Notes: generated by a model from the sequence alone, not told the origin. A stretch of DNA of 64,000 nucleotides from an uncultured Acidobacteriota bacterium (GCA_963764715.1 CAVXTP010000014.1:64001-128000), one strand, 5' to 3'. Counted from the stretch's first letter, positions 27,920 through 37,633 are shown. Numbers and translations: made by a program.

Positions 27920-28677
27920 GCACCGCGCGGCCGCTCGTCGATCCCGGCTCGATCCCGCCTCCCGCCGACACGGACCTCGTCCGCGTCTACGTCTGGGAGT
28001 GGCCCGTGCGCCTGGCGCACTGGCTGATCGTCATCTCGCTCGTCGTGCTCTCCTGGACCGGCCTCTACATCGGCCGTCCGTTTCTGATCTCGCCCGGCGA
28101 GGCCCGCTTCGAGTTCGTGATGGGCACGGCGAAGACCATCCACTTCTACGCGGCGATCGTCTTCACGATGGCCGTCCTCGTGCGGGTCATCTGGATGTTC
28201 ACCGGAAACCGGTTCTCGCACTGGGACAAGTTCCTTCCGGTCGCCAAGCGCCGCCGGCAGGCGATGATCCCGACGCTCAAGTACTACCTCTTCGCGCTGC
28301 GCAAGCCGCCGGGCTTCATCGGCCACAATCCCCTGGCCGGGCTCACCTACACCCTGGTGTTCGTCCTCTACTTCACGATGATCGCCACGGGGATCGCGCT
28401 CCGCACGGTGGGCGCGGACGTGCACTCGCCCCTCCGGATCTTCTCCTTTCTCGTGCCCCTCTTCGGCGGCCCGCAGTCGGCGCGCTGGATTCACCACGTC
28501 GGCATGTGGCTCCTCTGGGGCTTCGCCGTGCACCACGTCTACAGCGCCATCCTGATGTCGCAGGTCGAGGGCAACGCCACGATCGAATCGATCTTCTCGG
28601 GCTACAAGTTCGTTCACCGCGACGACGTCTACTACTCGGGCTACCGCTTCCTCGCCCGGAAGGACGAGCATGGCTGA
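27916..28677 (+). CDS. hyaC: Hydrogenase b-type cytochrome subunit
   Basis: YVWEWPVRLAHW, GHNPLA, IHH...VHHVY, IFSGYK; GTGA overlap. Confidence 0.95.
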   Translation: MSTARPLVDPGSIPPPADTDLVRVYVWEWPVRLAHWLIVISLVVLSWTGLYIGRPFLISPGEARFEFVMGTAKTIHFYAAIVFTMAVLVRVIWMFTGNRFSHWDKFLPVAKRRRQAMIPTLKYYLFALRKPPGFIGHNPLAGLTYTLVFVLYFTMIATGIALRTVGADVHSPLRIFSFLVPLFGGPQSARWIHHVGMWLLWGFAVHHVYSAILMSQVEGNATIESIFSGYKFVHRDDVYYSGYRFLARKDEHG

Positions 28678-29215
28678 GCCGGGCCGCCTGCTCGTCCTCG
28701 GGCTCGGCAACCTGCTCTGCGGCGACGACGGCCTCGGCGCGGCCGCCGTCGCCCGGCTCGACCGCGACTGGGAGGCGCCCGACGAGGCGCTCGTCCTCGA
28801 CGGCGGAACGCTCGGTCTCTCGCTCCTGCCGTACCTCGAGGACGCCGAGGACGCCATCCTCGTCGACGCCATCCGCGACGACGCGCCGGCCGGCGCGCTC
28901 GTGCGCCTGACGGGTGAAAACGTCGCGCCCGCGGTGCTCCATCGCCTCTCGCCCCACCAGGTCGGGGTCGCCGACCTGCTCGACGGAGCGCGGCTCCACG
29001 ACCGGTATCCGCGCCGCCTCGTGCTCCTCGGGCTCGTGCCCCTGACGCTGGGGCTCGGCGTCGAGCGCTCGGCCGGGGTCGAGGCCCGGATCCCCGACCT
29101 CGTCGAGGCGGTCGTCGAGGAGGCTCGCCGCATGGGCCACACCTTCGTGCGCAGGACGGACGATGAAAAAGTCTCTCGTTGTCGCGGCGATGTGGCTCGC
29201 GTTTTCGGCCTGTAG
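28670..29215 (+). CDS. hyaD: Hydrogenase maturation endopeptidase
   Basis: LGLGNLLCGDDGLG, LDGGT, VDA, SPHQ. Confidence 0.95.
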   Translation: MAEPGRLLVLGLGNLLCGDDGLGAAAVARLDRDWEAPDEALVLDGGTLGLSLLPYLEDAEDAILVDAIRDDAPAGALVRLTGENVAPAVLHRLSPHQVGVADLLDGARLHDRYPRRLVLLGLVPLTLGLGVERSAGVEARIPDLVEAVVEEARRMGHTFVRRTDDEKVSRCRGDVARVFGL

Positions 29216-29561
29216 GGGCGGGGACGGCCGCCTGCCGGAGCCGTACCGGAGCCTGGCCGTGCCCGAGGAGCGGCTGCGCTCGGCCGAGGCGCGGGCGCAC
29301 GGCCGCGCGCTCTATCTGCAGAACTGCGCCCTCTGTCACGGCGAGCGCGCCGACGGCCGCGGCGTCCGGCAGCAGGCCCTGAGCACTCCCCCGCGCGACT
29401 TCACCGATCCGGCCTGGCGCAGGCGCACTTCTCCGCGCCAGGTGTTCCACGTCATCCGCGAGGGCTCCCCCGGCACGCCGATGCCGGCCTGGAAGGCCCT
29501 CGACGAAAACGACGCGTGGGACCTGACCGCCTACCTGCTCGCCGTCGGAGAGAGGCCGTGA
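29163..29561 (+). CDS. Monoheme c-type cytochrome lipoprotein
   Basis: Lipobox FSAC, CALCHG, GTPMPAW distal Met. Confidence 0.88.
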   Translation: MKKSLVVAAMWLAFSACRGGDGRLPEPYRSLAVPEERLRSAEARAHGRALYLQNCALCHGERADGRGVRQQALSTPPRDFTDPAWRRRTSPRQVFHVIREGSPGTPMPAWKALDENDAWDLTAYLLAVGERP

Positions 29562-31849
29562 GCGCGCAGGGACGGCGCATCGAGGTCCGCGGGATCGTGC
29601 AGGGCGTCGGGTTCCGGCCCTGGGTCTACCGCCTCGCCCGCGAGGAGGGCATCGGCGGGCGGGTCTCCAACGGAACGGAAGGAGTCACGATCGAAGCCTT
29701 CGGCCTCGACGCGGCGCTCGATGCGTTCCTCGACCGGCTGCGCTCGAGCCCGCCGCCCGCGGCCCGCATCCGGGAGCTCGAGTGGACGCCGATCCCCGCG
29801 GAGCTCGCGAGGGAGTTCGTCATCGTCGAGAGCCGCGCCGGGGGAACCCGCCGCGTCTCGATCCCGGCCGACCTCGCCACCTGCCCGGATTGCCTGCGCG
29901 AGGTCTTCGATCCGGAGAACCGCCGCTACCGCTACCCGTTCACCAACTGCACCAACTGCGGCCCCCGCTTCACGATCGCCCGCGGCGTGCCGTACGACCG
30001 GCCGGCGACCACGATGGCGTCCTTTCGCATGTGCGCGGACTGCCAGCGCGAGTACGACTCGCCGCTCGACCGCCGTTTCCACGCCCAGCCCAACGCCTGT
30101 CCCGCCTGCGGCCCGCGCCTCTTCGCCGTGGATGCCCGCGCCCGAATTCTCGACGCGGCCGACCCGATCCGCGCCGCCGTGCAGGTCCTCCGGGACGGCG
30201 GCATCCTCGCCCTCAAGGGCATCGGCGGCTTCCACCTCGCCTGCGACGCCACCGCGCCGCCGGCCGTCGCCCTGCTGCGCCGCCGGAAGCGGCGCGACGA
30301 GAAGCCCTTCGCCGTCATGGTCGGCGATCTCGAAGCGGCCGAAGAGGTCGCCGTCCTCTCCGGGGCGGACCGGACGCTCCTCACCGCGATCGAGAGGCCG
30401 ATCGTTCTCGTTCCGCGCCGCGGCCGAAGCCGCCTCGCACCCGAGATCGCGCCCCGCAATCCGCTCGTCGGTCTTCTCCTCCCCTACTCGCCGCTCCATC
30501 ACCTGCTCCTCGCCGACGCCGGGCGGCCCCTCGTCATGACCTCCGGCAACCTCTCGGAGGAGCCGATCGCGTACGAAGACCGCGACGCCCTCGCGCGGCT
30601 CGCGGGCATCGCCGACCTCTTCCTGGTGCACGACCGGGAGATCGAGTCGCGCTCGGACGACTCGGTGGCGCGCGTCGTCGCGGGCCGCCCCGTCGTCTTC
30701 CGGCGGTCCCGCGGCTACGTACCGCGCGGCGTGCCCGTGCGGCGGCCGTTCGAGCGTCCCGTGCTCGCCTGCGGGGGCCACCTGAAGAACACGTTCTGCA
30801 TCGGCCTCGGCGACACGGCGTGGCTCGGCCCGCACATCGGAGACCTCGACGGCCTCGACACCGTCCGCGCCTTCGAAGAGGCGATCGAGCGCGCCGAGCG
30901 CTTCCTCGGGGTCCGTCCCGAGGTGGTCGCGCACGACCTTCATCCCCTCTACGCGTCGACGCGCTACGCGCTGGAGCGGCCGGAGGCGCAGAAGGTCGCG
31001 GTCCAGCATCACCACGCCCACGTGGCGAGCGCCATGGCCGAGCACGGGCTCGAAGGCCCGGTCCTCGGCGTCGCCTTCGACGGCACCGGATACGGAACCG
31101 ACGGCACCGCCTGGGGCGGCGAGCTGCTGCTCGCGTCCGCCGACCGGTTCGAACGCGCGGGCACGCTCCGGCCGATCGCGCTGCCCGGCGCCGACCAGGC
31201 GATCCGCGAGGTCTGGCGGATCGCGGCGGCGCTGCTGTGCGACGCGTTCGGCGACGATCCGCCCTTCGACGCCTTCCCCGTCTTTTCGGAGGTCCCGGCC
31301 CGCCGCCTCGAGCTCGTCCGCCAGATGGCCCTCCGGGGCATCCAGGCGCCGCTCGCCCGCGGCGTCGGCCGGTACTTCGACGCGCTGGGCTCCCTCTTTC
31401 TCTCCCGGCCCGTCTCCCGCTTCGAAGGCCAGGTCGCACAGGAGTGGAACTTCGCCGCCGACGTGCGCGAGCGCGGCGCCTATCCCTTCGAGATCGCCGC
31501 GGACCATGGCCTGCGGACGCTCGACCTGCGGCCGCTCGTGCGGGCCGCGGCGGCCGACTTCCAGGGCGGGGCGTCCCCCTCCGAAATCTCGGGCCGCTTT
31601 CACAACACGCTCGCCGGAGCGACGGCGGCGATGGTCCGGGCCGCGGCCGAAACGGCCGGCGCGCTTCCGGTCGTGCTGACGGGAGGATGCTTCCAGAACG
31701 CCCTCCTGACCGAGCGCGTCCTCGCCGCGCTGACGCCCGAGTTCCGGGTCTTCCTCCACGGCGAAGTGCCGCCCGGCGACGGCGGCCTCGCCCTCGGCCA
31801 GGCGCTCGTCGCCGGCGCGGTCGCACGCTCGAGCGAAGGAGGTTTCTGA
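29558..31849 (+). CDS. hypF: Carbamoyltransferase HypF
   Basis: GIVQGVGFRP, zinc fingers (CPDC/CTNC/CADC/CPAC), KGIGGFHL, QHHHAH, PPGDGG. Confidence 0.97.
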   Translation: MSAQGRRIEVRGIVQGVGFRPWVYRLAREEGIGGRVSNGTEGVTIEAFGLDAALDAFLDRLRSSPPPAARIRELEWTPIPAELAREFVIVESRAGGTRRVSIPADLATCPDCLREVFDPENRRYRYPFTNCTNCGPRFTIARGVPYDRPATTMASFRMCADCQREYDSPLDRRFHAQPNACPACGPRLFAVDARARILDAADPIRAAVQVLRDGGILALKGIGGFHLACDATAPPAVALLRRRKRRDEKPFAVMVGDLEAAEEVAVLSGADRTLLTAIERPIVLVPRRGRSRLAPEIAPRNPLVGLLLPYSPLHHLLLADAGRPLVMTSGNLSEEPIAYEDRDALARLAGIADLFLVHDREIESRSDDSVARVVAGRPVVFRRSRGYVPRGVPVRRPFERPVLACGGHLKNTFCIGLGDTAWLGPHIGDLDGLDTVRAFEEAIERAERFLGVRPEVVAHDLHPLYASTRYALERPEAQKVAVQHHHAHVASAMAEHGLEGPVLGVAFDGTGYGTDGTAWGGELLLASADRFERAGTLRPIALPGADQAIREVWRIAAALLCDAFGDDPPFDAFPVFSEVPARRLELVRQMALRGIQAPLARGVGRYFDALGSLFLSRPVSRFEGQVAQEWNFAADVRERGAYPFEIAADHGLRTLDLRPLVRAAAADFQGGASPSEISGRFHNTLAGATAAMVRAAAETAGALPVVLTGGCFQNALLTERVLAALTPEFRVFLHGEVPPGDGGLALGQALVAGAVARSSEGGF

Positions 31850-32139
31850 TGTGCCTCGGAGTTCCGGGCCGCGTGCTCGCCGTCGAGGGCCTGACGGCCA
31901 CCGTCGACTTCTGGGGGATCCGGCGCCAGGTGCGCCTCGACGTCGTCGACCAGGCGGTCGAACCGGGCGACTACATCCTCAACCACGTCGGCTTCGCGAT
32001 CCGCCGCATCCCGGCCGAGGAGATCGGCGAGACGCTCGCCCTCTACGAGACCCTCCTCGCCGAGGCGCGCAAGGACGACCTCATGGCCGCCGACGTCCGG
32101 GGCGAGATGAGCGGCACCGCGCCGGAGGAACCGCGATGA
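31849..32139 (+). CDS. hypC: Hydrogenase chaperone HypC
   Basis: MCLGVPG...GDYILNHVGFAI; TGATG overlap; GGAGG SD. Confidence 0.96.
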   Translation: MCLGVPGRVLAVEGLTATVDFWGIRRQVRLDVVDQAVEPGDYILNHVGFAIRRIPAEEIGETLALYETLLAEARKDDLMAADVRGEMSGTAPEEPR

Positions 32140-33281
32140 TTCTGCGGGAGCTTTCGGCCGCGGCCCGCGAGGTCAAGTTCCGCGACCCGCAGCTGGCGCG
32201 GCGGCTCTCCGCGCAGATCGCCCGTCACACCGCCGAGATCGGGCGTTCCCCCGTCTCGGTGATGCACGTCTGCGGCAGCCACGAGCAGGCGATCGCGAAG
32301 TGGGGCCTGCGGGCGACCTTCCCGAAGGACCTCAACGTCATCATGGGGCCCGGCTGTCCCGTCTGCATCACCGACATGCCCGAGGTCGACGAGGGCGTGG
32401 CGCTCGCCCGGCAGGGCGTCGTCATCGCCACCTACGGCGACATGGTCAAGGTCCCCGGGACGGTCCAGTCCCTCGCGGACGCCCAGGCCGCGGGCGCCGA
32501 GGTGCGCGTCGTCTACAGCGCGGAGCAGGCGGTCGCCCTCGCCCGCGAGACCTCGAAGGAGGTCGTCTTCTTCGCGACCGGCTTCGAGACGACGGCCGTC
32601 GCGACCGCGGCGATCGTGCGGGGACCGCTGCCGCCGAACTTCTCCGTGCTCTCCGCCCACAAGTACATCCCCCCGGTGATGGAGATCGTCGCCGAAATGC
32701 CCGAGACGCGTGTCGAGGGGTTCCTCGCGGCCGGGCACGCCGCCGCCATCACCGGCTGGGGAATCTTCGAGGCCTTCGTCGAGCGCCACGGGATCCCGGT
32801 CGTCGTCGCGGGCTTCGAGCCGCTCGACATCCTCGCCGGCCTCGCGCGCCTGGTGGAGCTGATCCGCGACCGGACGCCGCGGGTCGTCAACATGTTCCCG
32901 CGCTGCGTCACCCGCGCCGGGAACCTGCGCGCGCAGGAAGAGCTCTGGAGCGTGTTCCGTCCCGTCGGCGGGCGCTGGCGGGGCATCGCCCACGTCCCGA
33001 ACGGAAACCTCCGGCTGCGCGACGAATGGGCCCGCGTCGACGCGCGCCGGCGTTTCGCGATCGACCTGACCGGGCTCTGGGACTACGCGCCGCCGACCCT
33101 GGCGGCGAGCTGCATCTGCGGGGACATCATGTCCGGCATCGCGTCCCCGAAGGACTGCTCCCTCTTCGGCCGCGAGTGCGTGCCGGACACGCCCGTCGGC
33201 GCGTGCATGGTCTCGAGCGAAGGGACCTGCAAGATCTGGCACCAGTACGGCGGGATTCCCAACCTCGGAGAAGCGCTGTGA
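32136..33281 (+). CDS. hypD: Hydrogenase maturation protein HypD
   Basis: MHVCGSHE, GPGCPVC, GFETT, CICG...C...C...PVGACMVSSEGTC. Confidence 0.97.
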   Translation: MILRELSAAAREVKFRDPQLARRLSAQIARHTAEIGRSPVSVMHVCGSHEQAIAKWGLRATFPKDLNVIMGPGCPVCITDMPEVDEGVALARQGVVIATYGDMVKVPGTVQSLADAQAAGAEVRVVYSAEQAVALARETSKEVVFFATGFETTAVATAAIVRGPLPPNFSVLSAHKYIPPVMEIVAEMPETRVEGFLAAGHAAAITGWGIFEAFVERHGIPVVVAGFEPLDILAGLARLVELIRDRTPRVVNMFPRCVTRAGNLRAQEELWSVFRPVGGRWRGIAHVPNGNLRLRDEWARVDARRRFAIDLTGLWDYAPPTLAASCICGDIMSGIASPKDCSLFGRECVPDTPVGACMVSSEGTCKIWHQYGGIPNLGEAL

Positions 33282-34322
33282 AGATGCTGACGATTCTCGA
33301 AGAGCGGGTGACCCTCAAGCAGGGGGCGGGGGGCCGCGCCATGCGGTCCCTGATCGAGGACGTGTTCCTGAAGGAAATGCCGGCGCCGCCCGACGCTCTC
33401 AAGGGGATCGGCGCCGAGGCGATGGACGACGGCGCGGCGCTCTGGCTCGGAGACCGATACCTCGTCGTCACGACCGACTCGCATGTCGTCCATCCCATTT
33501 TCTTCCCCGGAGGCGACATCGGGCGGCTCTCGGTCTCCGGCACCGTCAACGACCTCGCCATGATGGGCGCGACCGAGGTGCTGGCCCTGACCTGCGCCGC
33601 CGTCATCGAGGAGGGCTTCCCGCGCGCCGAGCTCGAGCGCATCCAGGACTCGATCCGCGCGACCTGCCTCGAGGCGGGCGCCGCGATCGTCACGGGCGAC
33701 ACGAAGGTGATGGGCCGCGGCGAGATCGACGGGATCGTGCTCAACACCACGGGCCTCGGCCTGACCGACCGCGTCGTCCCGGACTCGGGGCTCTCGCCCG
33801 GGCGACCGGATCCTCGTCACGGGCACCGTGGGCGACCACGGCCTGGCCATCATGGCCGCCCGCCACGCCCTGGAGCTCGAAGGCGCGCTCGCGTCCGACG
33901 TCGCGCCGATCAACGGGCTCATCCGCGCGGCGCTGTCCGCCGCGGACGGCGCGATCGTCGCCATGAAGGACCCCACGCGCGGAGGGCTCTCCTCCGCCCT
34001 CCACGAGATGGCGGAGAAGAGCCGCGTCGGCATCCTCCTCGAGGAGCCCTCCGTCCCGGTCACCTCCGCCGTCCGCGCCGCGGGCGATCTCCTCGGGATC
34101 GATCCGCTCCACGTCGCCAACGAGGGCAAGGCCGTCCTCGGCGTGCGTCCGGAAATGGCCGAGCGCGTGCTCGCCGCGCTCCGCGCGCATCCCCTCGGGA
34201 GGGACGCCGCCATCGTCGGCACCTGCATCGCCGAGCGCCCCGGCTCGGTCATCCTGGATACGGGCTTCGGGCGGCGGCTCCTCGCCGAGCCCGAGGGCGA
34301 GCCCCTCCCCCGCATATGCTGA
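33278..34322 (+). CDS. hypE: HypE carbamoyl dehydratase with a +1 frameshift near 33800 (probably a sequencing error)
   Basis: TTDSHVV, GTVNDLA and TGDTKV in one frame; DPTRGG, ANEGK and terminal PRIC in another; CCCGGGCGAC where CCCGGCGAC would restore the frame. Confidence 0.93.
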
Positions 34323-35065
34323 CGCCCCGCGTCCGCGTCGCCGTCCTCTGCTCCCGGCGCTGCCCGGGGCTCGAGAATCTCCTCGAGGGCCACCGCCGAC
34401 GCGAGTGGGACCTCGTCGGCTGCCTCGTTTCCGGCGACGAGCTTGCGGAGCGGCGGGAGCTCGAGGCCGCGCGCGTCCCCGTGCGGTGGCACTCGATCCG
34501 CGCCTTCTACGCCGGCCGGCCGCTCTCCGACCTCGCGCGGCGGCGCGAATACGACCGTGGAATCGTCGAGCGCCTCGACGCCTGGCGGCCGGAACTCGTG
34601 CTCCTCTCGAGCTATCTCTATCGGTTGACGGAGCCGATGCTCGAGGCCTTCCCCGGCCGGATCGTCAACGTCCACGGCAGCGACCTCGCGCTCACGGGAC
34701 GCGACGGGCGCCCGGTCTACCCGGGGTTGACGGCCGTGCGCGACGCGATCCGGGCGGGCGAGCCCGAGACGCGGGCGACCGCCCACGTCGTCACCGAACG
34801 CCTGGACGAGGGCCCGATCCTCCTTCGTTCGCGGCCCTTCCCGGTCGCGCCGCTCGTCGCGGACCTGCGGCGGCGCGGGCTCGCCCACGCCGTCAACGCC
34901 TACGCCTTCGCGCACCAGGAGTGGATGCTCGCGACCGCCTGGGGACCTCTGCTGACGGACGCGATCGCGTTGATGACGGGGCGGGTCGAGCGCGGCCGCG
35001 CCCGGTTCGAGATCGGACCGGCGGACCGTCGCGCGCCGGCCGCCGCCGCGGGGGCCCCGCGATGA
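34316..35065 (+). CDS. PurN-like formyltransferase in the hyp operon (candidate HypX N-module analogue)
   Basis: PELVLLSSY, IVNVHGS (N-x-H) and RLDEGP formyltransferase motifs; overlaps the hypE stop; 249 aa. Confidence 0.85.
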   Translation: MLTPRVRVAVLCSRRCPGLENLLEGHRRREWDLVGCLVSGDELAERRELEAARVPVRWHSIRAFYAGRPLSDLARRREYDRGIVERLDAWRPELVLLSSYLYRLTEPMLEAFPGRIVNVHGSDLALTGRDGRPVYPGLTAVRDAIRAGEPETRATAHVVTERLDEGPILLRSRPFPVAPLVADLRRRGLAHAVNAYAFAHQEWMLATAWGPLLTDAIALMTGRVERGRARFEIGPADRRAPAAAAGAPR

Positions 35066-35895
35066 CGCACATCCGGGTGGACCGCGACGGCGCCGTCGCC
35101 TTCCTGACCATCGACCGGCCCGAGCGGTTCAACTCGCTCGACGTCGAGACGGCGCGTGACTTTCGCAAGGCCGGCCTCGCGCTCGCCCGGGACCCGGCCG
35201 TCCGGGCGGTCGTCCTCTCCGGCATCCCGGGCGCCTTCTGCAGCGGCGCGGACCTGAAGTACATCCGGTCGGGCGGAAAGCGGGAGGACCTCGGCTACCT
35301 GCAAGGCGCGCGGCCGGAGCAGACCGGCTACGGAGAGATCTTCAAGCAGATCCTGGAGTACATCCACAGCACGATCTCCGAGATCAAGCGCGCGCCCAAG
35401 CCCTTCGTCGCGGCGGTGGACGGGGTCGCCGCGGCCGGCGGCTTCGGGATCGCCATGGCCTGTGACCTCGTCTACGCCTCCGACCGGTCGACCTTCGAGT
35501 GGGCGTACGGAAAGACCGGGCTGACGGGAGCGGAGAGCTCGACCTTCTTCCTGCCGCGGCTCCTGGGTCTTCGCCGCGCGATGGAGCTCGTGCTTCTCAA
35601 CCCGCGCCTCGACGCCGCGCGGGCCCTCGAGTACGGACTGATCAATGGCGTTTTCCCGGCCGTGACCTTCGACGCCGAAGTCCGCGCGATCGCCCGGCGC
35701 CTCGCCGAGGGCCCCACCGAGGCGCTCGGCATCGCCAAGAGCCTGGTCCAGCAGGCGGCCGGAGTGGACCGCCTCGATCACCACCTCGACCGCGAGCTCG
35801 AGCAGCTCGCGCGGATCGCCGACGGGGCGGATTTCGCGGAGGGCCTCGAGGGCTTCTTCGCCCGCCGGCCCGCGCGCTTCGGCGGCGGGGGCTGA
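35062..35895 (+). CDS. Enoyl-CoA hydratase/isomerase-fold protein in the hyp operon (candidate HypX C-module analogue)
   Basis: DRPERFNSL, FCSGADL, AVDGVAAAGG, ACD, AYGKTGLTGAESSTFFLPR; ATGA overlap; 277 aa. Confidence 0.9.
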   Translation: MTHIRVDRDGAVAFLTIDRPERFNSLDVETARDFRKAGLALARDPAVRAVVLSGIPGAFCSGADLKYIRSGGKREDLGYLQGARPEQTGYGEIFKQILEYIHSTISEIKRAPKPFVAAVDGVAAAGGFGIAMACDLVYASDRSTFEWAYGKTGLTGAESSTFFLPRLLGLRRAMELVLLNPRLDAARALEYGLINGVFPAVTFDAEVRAIARRLAEGPTEALGIAKSLVQQAAGVDRLDHHLDRELEQLARIADGADFAEGLEGFFARRPARFGGGG

Positions 35896-35900
35896 GCCGC

Positions 35901-36248
35901 GTGCACGAGTACTCGATCGTCCAGGCGCTCGTCGAGCGGGTCGAGGCCGAGGCCGCTCAGCGGGGCGCGGCGTCCGTCCACCGCCTCCACGTCCGGATCG
36001 GCGAGGCGTCGGGCGTCGAGATCGATCTGCTCAAGACGGCCTACGGCGTCTTTCGCGAGCGCACGATCTGCGAGACGGCGGATCTCTCGATCGTCCCGGT
36101 CCCCGCGCGATGGGAGTGCCCCCGCTGCCACGGAGACATCCCGCGGGGATCGATTCTTCGCTGCGCGGAGTGCGCGGTCCCCGCTCGCCTCGCGGCCGGA
36201 GACGAGATCTTCCTGGACCGAATCGAGATGGAGGTGGCGAGTGTGTGA
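35901..36248 (+). CDS. hypA: Nickel metallochaperone HypA
   Basis: (M)HEYSI, CPRC...CAEC, GDEIFL. Confidence 0.95.
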   Translation: MHEYSIVQALVERVEAEAAQRGAASVHRLHVRIGEASGVEIDLLKTAYGVFRERTICETADLSIVPVPARWECPRCHGDIPRGSILRCAECAVPARLAAGDEIFLDRIEMEVASV

Positions 36249-36960
36249 GACCCGCGACCGCGGCGACCTCGAGTCCGTACCCGTCGAAGTGCGCGATCGG
36301 ATCCTCTCCGGCAACGACCGGACCGCCCGCCACAACCGCGAGCACTTCGCCTCGCGGGGGCTGCTGGCGATCAACCTGATGGGCTCGCCCGGCGCAGGGA
36401 AGACCGCCGTCCTCGAAGCCACCGCCCGGGCCGTGCAGGGGCGCCTGCGGCTCGGCGCGCTCGCCGGCGATCTCGAGACCGACCGCGACGCGCAGCGGCT
36501 GCTGCGGGCCGGCATCCCCTCGGTCGCGATCACCACGGGCTCGGCCTGCCACCTCGACGCCGAGCTCGTCCACCGCGCACTGCACGGTTTCCCCGTCGAC
36601 GACCTCGACATGCTCTTCATCGAGAACGTCGGCAACCTGGTCTGCCCCGCCGTTTACGACCTCGGGCAGGCCGCCAGCGTCGTCGCGCTGTCGGTGACCG
36701 AGGGCGAGGACAAGCCCGTGAAGTATCCGGTCATGTTCCGCAAGGCCGACCTCGTCCTGGTCACGAAGACGGACCTGCTGCCGCACCTGCCCGAGGTGAG
36801 CCTCGCGGCGATCGAGGACGCGCTGTCGCGCGTCATGCCCTCGCCCCGCCTCATCCCGTTCTCGGCGCGGACGGGCGCCGGCGTCGACGCCTGGCTCGAC
36901 TGGCTGGAGGAACGGCGCCTGAACGCCGTCCTCGCGCTCGAATCCCGGGTGCGGGCGTGA
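36241..36960 (+). CDS. hypB: Nickel insertion GTPase HypB
   Basis: GSPGAGKT, ACHLDA, ENVGNLVCP, EGEDKP.KYP. Confidence 0.96.
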   Translation: MCETRDRGDLESVPVEVRDRILSGNDRTARHNREHFASRGLLAINLMGSPGAGKTAVLEATARAVQGRLRLGALAGDLETDRDAQRLLRAGIPSVAITTGSACHLDAELVHRALHGFPVDDLDMLFIENVGNLVCPAVYDLGQAASVVALSVTEGEDKPVKYPVMFRKADLVLVTKTDLLPHLPEVSLAAIEDALSRVMPSPRLIPFSARTGAGVDAWLDWLEERRLNAVLALESRVRA

Positions 36961-37604
36961 ACGGCCTGTTCGCGGCCCTGGCCCTCGGAGCCCTGACGGT
37001 CGGAAGCCTGCATACGCTGGCGCCGGACCACTGGGTCCCGTTCGCGGCGCTGGCGCGCGCGCGCGGCTGGTCGGCGGGACGGACGCTGCGCGTGACGCTC
37101 GCCTGCGGCTTCGGCCACGTCACGGTGTCGGCCCTGCTCGGCGGGCTGGGCCTTCTCTTCGGCATGGGGATCATCGAGCGCTTCGGCCGGCGGATGGAGG
37201 CTGCCGCGGGCGTGCTCCTGGTGGGATTCGGCGTGGCGTACGCGATCTGGGGGCTTCGCCGGGCGGCCGGGCGAAAGCTCCACGGCCATTCCCATGCCCA
37301 CTACGACCACATCCACGACTCGGGCGGCATGACGGCCTGGACGCTCTTCGTTCTCTTCTCCGCCGATCCGTGCGTGGCGGTGATCCCCCTCCTCTTCGCG
37401 GCGGCGCCCCTGGGGGCGGCCGCGGCGGCCGGCATCGTCCTCGTCTACGAGATCTCGACCCTCGCGACCATGGTCGCCCTGGTCCTGCCGGCGCGGGCCG
37501 GCGCCTCCAGGCTGCGCGCCCCGTGGCTCGACCGTTACGGGGACGCCGTGGCGGGCGCCCTGATCGCGGCCATCGGTCTCGCCGTCGGGGCCCTCGGCAT
37601 CTGA
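36957..37604 (+). CDS. Putative nickel/cobalt transporter (NiCoT/UreH/RcnA-like)
   Basis: LHTLAPDHW, GHV, His-rich loop HGHSHAHYDHIH, 6 TM segments; last gene of the hyp operon. Confidence 0.8.
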   Translation: MNGLFAALALGALTVGSLHTLAPDHWVPFAALARARGWSAGRTLRVTLACGFGHVTVSALLGGLGLLFGMGIIERFGRRMEAAAGVLLVGFGVAYAIWGLRRAAGRKLHGHSHAHYDHIHDSGGMTAWTLFVLFSADPCVAVIPLLFAAAPLGAAAAAGIVLVYEISTLATMVALVLPARAGASRLRAPWLDRYGDAVAGALIAAIGLAVGALGI

Positions 37605-37633
37605 AGCCCCCCCGGACCCCCCGGCGCAGCGGA

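Noticed and set aside
32300-35065. 921-aa ORF appearing to fuse the HypE N-terminus to the formyltransferase
   Set aside because: It is produced by the +1 indel in hypE. The intervening stretch is off-frame HypE, and the formyltransferase has its own ATG at 34316.
35040-35070. Formyltransferase and crotonase as one frameshifted canonical hypX
   Set aside because: Considered less likely: there is a clean ATGA overlap as elsewhere in the operon, a low-complexity tail before the stop, a standalone crotonase N-terminus and a PurN-like rather than HypX-like N-domain. It cannot be fully excluded without reads.
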